In this document: positions 17,514 through 26,200 of the stretch, in pieces
Position numbering within the stretch: the first letter of the stretch is position 1
How the letters are laid out: the number at the start of each line of letters is the position of its first letter
DNA from: Crocinitomix sp.
Lineage (GTDB): Bacteria; Bacteroidota; Bacteroidia; Flavobacteriales_D; Crocinitomicaceae
Reading direction: 5' to 3'
DNA length: 32,000 bases
Assembly: GCA_047623705.1 (NCBI GenBank)
Contig: JBLHOW010000002.1
Span: 30,991-62,990 of the forward strand
Notes under the pieces: model-generated
The model's input: the letters and a program-made list of their open reading frames with translations, nothing else
What the model was told of the DNA's origin: nothing
The model's database searches: none
Made by a program: the position numbers and the translations under genes

Positions 17514-20500
17514 ATGAAGAAGCTATTATTAAGTATTTTAGTGTTAGGGCTGACGAACGTGATGTATGCCTACAAATTAGAAGGACATCTCGGACCAAGG
17601 GGTGATTCTGACTCTGAGTCTCGTGCGGCAGGATGTTCTCCAGCTAATGAGAAGATTTTCATGGAGTTCAACAATATTAGAGCATTGGTGGAAACTGGTG
17701 GATCTCTATGGCAAGACCGTTCTAACGGACGCTCTTCTTATGAATATCCAAAAGACAGTAGAAATCATGTAATCTATTCAGGAGCACTTTGGATGGGTGG
17801 TGAAGACATTAACGGTCAATTGAAATTGGCTGCACACATGTTCCGCCAAGGAAATGATTTTTGGCCTGGACCTTTAGGAGATTTAATTTCCGGTACAGGT
17901 AATTACAATCCATTTATTCCTCAAAATGCAGATGCAACATTAGTAAGAGATTACGGTGCAGCTGAGATTTTCACAGGAGAATGTACTAAATATGACAAGT
18001 TTTTCTCAATCAGAAAGAGTGAAGTTATTCAATTCATTACATGGTGGAAATGTGATAATGGTGTAAGTGATCCTGAAGATTGTGAAGAAGTTGAACGTCC
18101 AAGCGAAGAAATTCTAGACAAAATTAGAAACTGGCCAGCACATGGTGATGAGTCATTAGGTCAAGATTTCTATTTAGCTCCTTTCTATGATAATACAAAA
18201 GAAGGTGAAACACCAAATGGAATTTATGATCCAATAAATGATGGAGATTACCCTTGGTATGATGTTGAAGAAGAAATTGATTGTAGAAATGACAGACGTG
18301 TAACACTTTTTGGTGATGAAACGCATTGGTGGGTATTTAACGATAAAGGAAATATTCACACAGAGTCTGGTGGAGATCCAATTGGTATGGAGATTCGTGC
18401 GCAAGCATTCTCTTTCGCTACAGATGACGAAATCAATGACATGACTTTCTATAACTATGAGTTAATCAATAGAGGTACTCAAACATTATATGAAACTTAC
18501 TTTGGTCAGTGGTGTGATGCTGATTTAGGTTACGGATTGAATGATGATGATTATATTGGTTGTGATGTTGGTAGAGGTTTAGGTTACTGTTATAATGGTG
18601 ATTTAAATGATGAAGGTGGTGGAAACCAACCAGGTTATGGTGCAAACCCTCCTGCTGTAGGTATTGACTTCTTTGAAGGACCATATTTAGATAATGATAA
18701 CATAGATAATCCATTATATAGAGCAGAGGCAGAAGGTGATTTACCAGCGGTATTATTACCTGAAGTATTTGCAAATGACGGTATTCCTTACCCAGGTTTA
18801 GGAATTGGATACGGTGATGGTGTTGTAGATAATGAGCGTTTTGGAATGCAACGATTTGTATATCACGAACGTGATCCAGGTGCTTACGGAGATCCAAGTT
18901 CAGCGGCAGATTTCTATAACTACTTAAGAGGTATATGGAAAAATGGATTAAACATGCAATGGGGTGGTAACGGAAACACAAGTGGTTCTGGAGTTCCAAC
19001 TAAATTTATGTATCCAGATGATTCCGATCCATTAGGATGGGGAACTTATCCTACACCACTTCCTTCTTCGGATCCATGGTCAGAAATTAGCGTAGGAAAC
19101 CCTAAAGGGGATAGAAGATTCTTACAATCTGCTGGTCCGTTTATCTTACGTCCAGGAGCTGTAAATAATATTACTGTTGGAGTTGTAATTGGTCAAAGTA
19201 GTGAGTCTGATCTTGAAGCACCGATTAGAGCTTTAAAAACTGCGGATACTAAAGCACAAGCTTTATTCGATAATTGTTTCGAATTAGTTGAGCCGCCATT
19301 AGCGCCAGTATTGACTATTCAGGAAATGGAAAACCAATTGATCCTTTTCTTAACAGATCCTGCAATTGTTGAATCTTTAGAATCTTATGAAGAAGAAGAT
19401 AATATCAATATTATTACTCCAGATGAATTAATCGCAATGGGTATCTTCTATGATAACATATATCGTTTCGAAGGATTCCAAGTTTATCAAATGGTTGATG
19501 ATTTAGCTTCAATTACTGAACTTTCAGACCTTTCTAAAGCACGTCTAGTTGGACAATCTGATTTAGAAAATGGAATTGGAAAATTAGTTAACTATACATA
19601 TGACGAAGAATTAGATATTTCGATTCCTGCAGTTATGGTAGAAGCAGCTGGAGAATTTGATTTAGATAAAGGTTTACGTCGTTCATTCTCAGTAACTGAA
19701 GATTTATTTGCTACTGGTGACAGAACGTTAGTTAACCATAAGAAATACTATTTCTTGGCTGTTTCTTATGCTTATAATCAATATAAAGAATACGATCCAA
19801 ATGATCCAACTTTATTAGATGGTCAAAAGAACCCTTACTTACGTTCAAGAATTTCTGCAACAGGTGCAGGTATTGAATCTGTAGTGGGTATTCCGCATGA
19901 TCCATCTCCTGAGGCAGACGGTAGAGTGTTTACTACTTCTTACGGATTCCAACCAGAAATTACACAAATTGAAGGTGAAGGAAACGGTGGTACATTCTTA
20001 GAATTGACAACTGCAACTGTAACAGATATTTTAGCAAACAATCAAATTGATCATCCTACTTACCAAAGTGGTGCTGGACCAATTGACATTAAAGTTGTTG
20101 ATCCATTAAACTTAAAAGGTGGAGCATATACGTTAGGATTTGTTACTGATTCAAGTGAGATTGATGAAACAACTTGGTGGCTAGAAAAATTCGCTGATGA
20201 TGAAAGAGACACAGTATGGTCTGATGGAGCAATCAATGTTGTGAGAGAACAATTGATCTTAGATTGGGGTATTTCAGTTCAAATCAATCAACGGTATTAT
20301 ACAAATGCTGGTGTAAATGCTTTTACTGAGCCAATTGGAGCTTCAATTGATTTTGCAGATTCTTCTAAAATGTGGGTGAGTTTTGTTCAAGATGATGATG
20401 CTTTCTATCCTAGTAACTGGATTCGTGTAGGTAACAGTGAAGAAGCAAATAATCATGCGACTGATCCAAACCCTAGTTGTATAGCTGATAGCTGGATTTA

Positions 20501-21734
20501 TCAACCATGTCATTATGATGATGGTGGACTAGATGCAACTGATCAATTATACGAGCAATTGCTTGACGGTGGAATTGCACCATTTAAATTTGTTGCAAAG
20601 GCGCCTTACGGAAGTCCATTCGGATTCCCAGGAGAGAATACAAATACACCTTGGTATGAGTCGAATCAAAGTTGGTTTACATCTGCTTCTTCAGTTCAGA
20701 ATCAAATTTCAATGGTTGATTTGCATAGTGTTGATATCATCATTACTGCTGATAAATCGAAATGGACAAGATGTCCTGTATTGGAAATCAATAATATTGA
20801 AGTTCAAACGGAACATGGAGATCAAGTAATCACTCCAAGATCTGACGCTTCTGTTGGAAAAGATGGTTTACCTGATGGAGATGGTACTGGTATGGGTTGG
20901 TTCCCTGGGTATGCAATTGACATCATCACGGGAACTAGATTGAACATGGCATTTTCTGAGAACTCTTGGTTAAAAGGAGACAACGGAGATGATATGATTT
21001 GGAATCCTACTTCAAGCATGGTTGATAATTCTGGAGCACCATTATTCGGAGGAATGCATTATGTATATGTGTTCGGAAATAATACAGCAGGAGTTGATGA
21101 AGCACCGGCGTATGATGGAGGAAATTGGTTAAGAGGGATGATGGATGTTTCTGTATCGAATAGTGAACGTAACAACAATTACCGTAACCTTTGGAAAACA
21201 TGCTATTGGGTTATGGAACCAGTTTTAACGTTTGGACAAGAATTGTTATCGTCTGATGTTAAAATCAGTGCGCGTATCAATAAGCCTTATGAAGAGCGTG
21301 AAGTGAATGGTGAAAACGAAGGATACCCTCTTTACCAATTCAGTTTCGATAATCCTTCAATTGTTGGTAATGGAGATCGTTTAACTTCTGTACTAGACAA
21401 TATTAATATCGTACCTAACCCTTACTATGCTTATAGCGAGTATGAGACTGGGAAAAGAGATAATAGAGTTAAAGTAACAAACCTTCCTGAAAGATGTGAA
21501 GTAACGATCTTTAACATGCAAGGTGCTTTAGTTAGAAATTATGTGAAAGATGATCCTTTAACATCAGTTGATTGGGATTTGAAAAATCACTCAGGAATTC
21601 CTATTGCAGGTGGATTATACATTGTGCACATTAAGATTGAAATTCCAGATAGTGAAACTGGTGCGATCGTTGAGCATGAGAAAATCCTTAAATGGTATGG
21701 TGTATTAAGAACGCCAGACTTGGATAACTTGTAA
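17514..21734 (+). CDS. giant secreted protein of unknown function, copy 1 (1406 aa), with T9SS-CTD-like C-terminal domain
   Basis: ATG 34 nt after the receptor stop; signal peptide MKKLLLSILVLGLTNVMYA. Conserved Cys pattern and blocks such as HWWVFNDKGNIHTESGGDPIGMEIRAQAFSF, NDMTFYNYELINRGTQTL and DDYIGCDVGRGLGYCYN. The C-terminal end is IVPNPYYAYSEYE...VTNLPERCEVTIFNMQGALV...GGLYIVHIKI. I cannot name any catalytic or Pfam domain by eye. Confidence 0.85.
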   Translation: MKKLLLSILVLGLTNVMYAYKLEGHLGPRGDSDSESRAAGCSPANEKIFMEFNNIRALVETGGSLWQDRSNGRSSYEYPKDSRNHVIYSGALWMGGEDINGQLKLAAHMFRQGNDFWPGPLGDLISGTGNYNPFIPQNADATLVRDYGAAEIFTGECTKYDKFFSIRKSEVIQFITWWKCDNGVSDPEDCEEVERPSEEILDKIRNWPAHGDESLGQDFYLAPFYDNTKEGETPNGIYDPINDGDYPWYDVEEEIDCRNDRRVTLFGDETHWWVFNDKGNIHTESGGDPIGMEIRAQAFSFATDDEINDMTFYNYELINRGTQTLYETYFGQWCDADLGYGLNDDDYIGCDVGRGLGYCYNGDLNDEGGGNQPGYGANPPAVGIDFFEGPYLDNDNIDNPLYRAEAEGDLPAVLLPEVFANDGIPYPGLGIGYGDGVVDNERFGMQRFVYHERDPGAYGDPSSAADFYNYLRGIWKNGLNMQWGGNGNTSGSGVPTKFMYPDDSDPLGWGTYPTPLPSSDPWSEISVGNPKGDRRFLQSAGPFILRPGAVNNITVGVVIGQSSESDLEAPIRALKTADTKAQALFDNCFELVEPPLAPVLTIQEMENQLILFLTDPAIVESLESYEEEDNINIITPDELIAMGIFYDNIYRFEGFQVYQMVDDLASITELSDLSKARLVGQSDLENGIGKLVNYTYDEELDISIPAVMVEAAGEFDLDKGLRRSFSVTEDLFATGDRTLVNHKKYYFLAVSYAYNQYKEYDPNDPTLLDGQKNPYLRSRISATGAGIESVVGIPHDPSPEADGRVFTTSYGFQPEITQIEGEGNGGTFLELTTATVTDILANNQIDHPTYQSGAGPIDIKVVDPLNLKGGAYTLGFVTDSSEIDETTWWLEKFADDERDTVWSDGAINVVREQLILDWGISVQINQRYYTNAGVNAFTEPIGASIDFADSSKMWVSFVQDDDAFYPSNWIRVGNSEEANNHATDPNPSCIADSWIYQPCHYDDGGLDATDQLYEQLLDGGIAPFKFVAKAPYGSPFGFPGENTNTPWYESNQSWFTSASSVQNQISMVDLHSVDIIITADKSKWTRCPVLEINNIEVQTEHGDQVITPRSDASVGKDGLPDGDGTGMGWFPGYAIDIITGTRLNMAFSENSWLKGDNGDDMIWNPTSSMVDNSGAPLFGGMHYVYVFGNNTAGVDEAPAYDGGNWLRGMMDVSVSNSERNNNYRNLWKTCYWVMEPVLTFGQELLSSDVKISARINKPYEEREVNGENEGYPLYQFSFDNPSIVGNGDRLTSVLDNINIVPNPYYAYSEYETGKRDNRVKVTNLPERCEVTIFNMQGALVRNYVKDDPLTSVDWDLKNHSGIPIAGGLYIVHIKIEIPDSETGAIVEHEKILKWYGVLRTPDLDNL

Positions 21735-21768
21735 GATATTTAAAGTATTAATTTGAAATTCATTGAAA

Positions 21769-22845
21769 ATGAAAGTAAATAAATTAATTAAAAACACATT
21801 CTTAGCAACAGTAGCACTCGGTTTGAGCAGTGCAGCTTTTGCTGGAAATGGTGATAGAGTTGGTTCTGCGGGAGCAACTGAATTACTCATCAATCCATGG
21901 GCACGAAGTGCTGCTTGGGGAGATGCTGGAGTGTCTTGTGCAAATGGTATTGATGCTGTTTTTACAAATATTGCTGGTCTTGCCTTTACAGAAAAGACAC
22001 AAATTCGCTTTGACAGAACAAATTGGCTTGGTGGAGCAGGAATTAATATTAATTCAGCAGGTTTCGCTCAACGAATCTCTGAAAGTAGTGTGATTTCAGT
22101 AACAGTAATGGCCATGACTTTTGGCGATATTGATATTACAACAGTTGATTTACCTGAAGGTGGAATCGGAACGTATTCACCGACGTATTCAAACTTTAAT
22201 GTTGGATATGCACGTGAATTCTCGAATTCTATTTATGGAGGAATCAATTTCAAAGTAATTTCTGAATCTATTGCAGATTTAAAAGGTACTGGAGTAGCAA
22301 TTGATGCTGGAATTAGATATGTAACTGGAGAAGAAGATCAAATGAAATTCGGTATTACATTAAAAAATATCGGGCCAACAATGAGCTTCAATGGTGATGG
22401 TCTTGGACAACAAGTACTATATCCTGGTTCTGGTGACCTTGCAACTTTAGAGCAAAGATCGGCTACGTTTGAGATGCCATCTTTACTTGCAATTGGTGGA
22501 TCATATGATTTTAACTTCACCGAAACAAATAAATTAACGTTAGCCTTAGCGTTCTCTGCAAATTCTTTTTCAAATGATCAATTCCGTATCGGAGTAAATT
22601 ATGGAATGGAATTAGAGAAAGCAAGATTTAACTTAATGGCTGGTTATGTTTATGAATCAGGCATCCTTCAATCTAACTTTGGATACCGTGAGCGTGTAAC
22701 TGCATTAAGCGGTTTAACAGCTGGTGTATCAGTAGATGCAGTTGTTGGAAAAAGTAAGAGTATGTTAGGTATTCAATATGGCTTCCGTCTTACTGAAAAT
22801 TTCGGAAACATACATACAATTGGATTATCAATAGAGATTTTATAG
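21769..22845 (+). CDS. PorV/PorQ-family (FadL-like) outer membrane beta-barrel protein
   Basis: The track start at 21763 is a TTG; the ATG at 21769 gives MKVNKLIKNTFLATVALGLSSAAFA (signal peptide). The mature N-terminus GNGDRVGSAGATELLINPWARSAAWGDAGVSCANGIDAVFTNIAGLAF matches the G.(s/a)GA.fL.i....Ra.a(m/l)G.A..A...d..a...NpAGLA signature of the PorV/PorQ (UPF0164-like) family. The rest has alternating beta-strand character. Confidence 0.7.
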   Translation: MKVNKLIKNTFLATVALGLSSAAFAGNGDRVGSAGATELLINPWARSAAWGDAGVSCANGIDAVFTNIAGLAFTEKTQIRFDRTNWLGGAGININSAGFAQRISESSVISVTVMAMTFGDIDITTVDLPEGGIGTYSPTYSNFNVGYAREFSNSIYGGINFKVISESIADLKGTGVAIDAGIRYVTGEEDQMKFGITLKNIGPTMSFNGDGLGQQVLYPGSGDLATLEQRSATFEMPSLLAIGGSYDFNFTETNKLTLALAFSANSFSNDQFRIGVNYGMELEKARFNLMAGYVYESGILQSNFGYRERVTALSGLTAGVSVDAVVGKSKSMLGIQYGFRLTENFGNIHTIGLSIEIL

Positions 22846-22853
22846 AAGTATTA

Positions 22854-22901
22854 CTTATTCCGCCATCCTTACTAATGCGAACGTAAGGATGGCTGAGTAA
22901 G
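22854..22901 (+). terminator. strong hairpin 9 nt after the PorV/PorQ-like stop (terminator-like, but no U-tract)
   Basis: The core is an 11-bp perfect stem, GCCATCCTTAC (22862-22872) / GTAAGGATGGC (22883-22893), with a 10-nt loop. It extends by 7 further pairs (22854-22860 / 22895-22901, one G-U) after one mismatch. It is followed by GAGTTAAAAAC, not a T-run. Confidence 0.5.
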
Positions 22902-23153
22902 AGTTAAAAACAATAGCCACCCATGTGTGGCCGTTAACCCAAAGTGCTTATAGCACACATTCAAGTTAGCATTTGGCTAACATCCTCAGTAAGATTAGGT
23001 GTAAGTTCGGCTTTTAATTGAAATAGATTAAAAGACATTCGTTTTAATACTATAAACGAATCAATATTGGGAATTGCGAATTATTCTTTCCATTTAAACT
23101 TTATTTCATTTAAAAAATTAACGCGTTACTGCGAATTTATAGTGCGTTAATTT
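22854..23153 (+). other. hairpin-dense structured intergenic region (candidate cis-regulatory leader, processing site or small RNA)
   Basis: Seven perfect-stem inverted repeats lie within 300 nt: 22854-22901; GCCAC/GTGGC 22916-22931; GTGCT/AGCAC 22944-22956; GTTAGC/GCTAAC 22965-22981; CTTTTAAT/ATTAAAAG 23011-23034; ATTCGTTT/AAACGAAT 23037-23061; AAATTAACGC/GCGTTAATTT 23115-23153. The first ~150 nt is visibly more GC-rich than the surrounding intergenic DNA. Confidence 0.45.
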
Positions 23154-23185
23154 GGCGTTTATTCGTCCGTTTCTCAGTCTAGGTG

Positions 23186-23193
23186 TACGTTTG
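23186..23193 (+). promoter_or_regulatory. candidate -7 promoter element for giant protein copy 2
   Basis: TACGTTTG matches TAnnTTTG, 32 nt upstream of the ATG at 23225. There is no clean -33 TTG at consensus spacing. Confidence 0.3.
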
Positions 23194-23224
23194 ACTTTTT
23201 ATCTATTAACTAAATATAAAGGTT

Positions 23225-26200
23225 ATGAAAAAGTCGATTTTAATTGTTTTTGCTCTTTTGAGCGCAAATCTTGTCTTTGCGGACATTTTTATTAATTCCC
23301 GAAATGCGGTTGCACCAAGTGATTCCAGAGCGGCGACTTGCTCACCAGCAAGTGAAAAGGTTTTTATGGAATTAAATAACGTTCGTGCCATTGTAGAAAC
23401 TGCAGGTTTTTTGTGGGAAGACCGAGCAACATCAAGCGCGGGATATGAATATCCCAAGGGTAGTAATAGCTTCGTGATTTTTTCTGGCGCCCTTTGGATG
23501 GGTGGAGAAGATGAGAATGGACAATTAAAAATCGCTGCGCATAGATATCGGCAAGAAGGAAATGATTTTTGGGCAGGACCATTGCAACAGCTTGATCAAG
23601 GTAATGGAAATTATGATCCGGCCATTCCGCAAGAATCTGATGTGAACCTAACAAGACCTTATGGAGCTGCAAGGATTGCTGATTCTTTTTGTGACGAATA
23701 TGACAAGTTTTTCACTATTCGTAAAGTAGAGGTGGAAGAATTTGTCCGCTGGTGGAATTGCGATCGAGGATATTCAAGCGAAGAAGATTGTGAGGAGGTT
23801 GAATACCCTAGTCAAGAACTAATGGATAAAATTGAAAACTGGCCTGCACATGGAGATGAATCTATTGGGCAAGATAAATATTTAGCTCCTTTTTACGATA
23901 ATTCAACACCTGGTAATCCTGCAAATGGAGTTTATAATCCAAAGGATGATGGAGATTACCCTTGGTTTGATCTTGAAGGTGATGTAAGCTGTAAAAATGA
24001 TCGTAGAGTAACCCTTTATGGTGATGAAACGCATTGGTGGGTATTTAATGATAAAGGAAATATCCATACCGAAACTGGTGGAGAACCAATTGGAATGGAA
24101 ATACGTGCACAAGCCTTTTCATTTGCAACTGACGACGAAGTAAATGATATGACTTTTTATAATTATGAACTAATCAATAGAGGTACGCAGACATTAAAAA
24201 ATACTTATTTCGGTCAATACGTTGACCCTGATATTGGTTTAGCGACAAATGATTACGTTGGATGTGATGTTAAACGAGGATTGGGCTACTGTTACAATGC
24301 AGAGGTGAATGATATTGGACAGGGCTCACAAACACCGTACGGTAATAATGTGCCAGCTGTAGGAATCGATTTTTTCGAAGGCCCTTATCAAGATAAAGAT
24401 AATATTGATAATCCAATTTATAAAACTGTGGCTGATTCAACTGAACCTATCGCCTTAATGCCACGCGTATTTGCAGAAAAAGGTATTCCTTATTCTGGTT
24501 TAGGGATTGGTTATGGCGACGGAATAATAGATAATGAACGATTTGGAATGCAACGTTTCGTTTATTATAATAATTCAACTGCCGACAATGGCGATCCGCA
24601 AACGGCTGGAGAACATTATAATTATATGAAAGGTTTGTGGCGGAATGGACAAGCTATGACTTATGGTGATAATGGTTTCTCTCCAAGTTCTTCCAATGTT
24701 CCTACGCGATTTATGTTTCCTGGTGATTCAGATCCATTGGGCTGGTCAACTTATCCGGCGGCAGTTCCAAGTCCGACAGATTGGTCAGAAATATCAGCAG
24801 ATACTGATCCTCAAGACAGACGCTTCATTCAATCTGCAGGACCCTTTGAATTAAAGCCGGGTGCCGTTAATAACATCACCGTGGGTGTAGTTATTGGTCA
24901 AAGTTCTGAAACAGACGTAGAAGCACCAATTCGAGCATTGAAAAGAGCAGATACTAAAGCACAGGATTTATTTGACAATTGTTTTGAAGTATTAGAACCG
25001 CCACTGCCGCCCGTATTAACAATTCAAGAAATGGAGAATGAATTGCTACTCTTTTTGTCTGATCCAGTAGGTGTAGCACCACTTGAGGATTATGAGGCAG
25101 AAGATTTTAGAATAAAGACGCCAGACGAATTACTCGATTCAGGAATTGTATATAATAATAAATTTAGTTTTGAAGGATTCCAAATTTATCAAATGCGTGA
25201 CGCAATAACGTCAATCACTGATATTGGTAATTTAGATAAAGCAAGATTAATAGCCCAAACTGATGTTATCAACGGTGTTGGTACATTGGTCAACTACACG
25301 TATGACGAAGAATTTGGATTGTCGATACCAGCCGTAATGGTTGAACCTGCTGGGGAATTTCCTTTGGATGGTGGTATTCGTAGATCATTCACAGTTACTG
25401 AAGATTTGTTTGCTTTAGAAGATCGTGGCTTGGTCAATCATAAGAAATATTATTTCCTTGCCGTTTCATATGCACAAAATCAATTTTTAGAATATGTCGC
25501 TGATGATCCGATTGGAATATACGGTCAGAAACAACCCTACCTAAGATCGCGTATAACTGCGAGAGGCTCGTCTATTGAATCTGTGATAGGGATTCCACAC
25601 GATCCTTCTCCAGAAGCGAACGGACGTGTATTTACGACAAGCTACGGTTTCCAACCTGAAATCACATTAATTGAAGGGTTAGGAAATGGAGGAGCATTTA
25701 CGGAGCTTTCTAAAGAAACTGTGACACAAATTCTGGCCAATGGCAAGGTTCTTAACCCGACATACCAAAGTGGAGCAGGACCAATTGATGTTAAAGTAAT
25801 TGATCCTTTAAACCTTAAAGGAGGACAATATACTTTAGGTTTTGGTAGAGATTCAGCTTCATTGAATGAGGACACGTATTGGATTGAACGTTTGTCAGAA
25901 GGACAACGAGATACCATTTTCTCTCAAAAAGAAATTTCAGTTGCCCGCGAACAGCTTATTTTGGAATGGGGAATTTCAGTTCGAATCAATCAAAATTATT
26001 ATACGGGTACGATAGCCAATCCATTTACAGAACCAATTGGAGCCACTATATCTTTTTTAGATTCTTCAAAAAGATGGTTGAGTTTCGTTCAAGATGATGA
26101 CAATTTTTATCCTTCAAATTGGATTTTAACGGGGAATAGTGACGAATATGATGCAGATAATGATGATAATCCAGAGAATGTTCCAGCTAGATGGATTTAT

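Noticed and set aside
17514-22845. Interpreting giant copy 1 plus the PorV-like gene as the canonical porU-porV pair
   Set aside because: The gene order resembles porU-porV, but several points argue against it. I find no gingipain/C25-like PorU hallmarks in the giant protein. There are two paralogous copies. The block is led by a plug-barrel receptor. The barrel lacks the canonical PorV N-terminal signature. This should still be tested by HMM, since it would refute the main finding.
13739-22845. Classifying the block as a SusC/SusD polysaccharide utilisation locus
   Set aside because: There is no SusD-like TPR lipoprotein, glycoside hydrolase, sulfatase or hybrid two-component/ECF regulator adjacent. 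The gene after the receptor is a 1406-aa non-lipoprotein.
18124-24112. Antisense ORFs inside the giant genes, including a seemingly conserved pair (18174-18404 and 23903-24112, both minus) and 18466-18999 (177 aa)
   Set aside because: The similarity of the pair is a by-product of strong sense-strand conservation at the HWWVFNDKGNIH block. The products are low-complexity and lie entirely within the giant CDSs.
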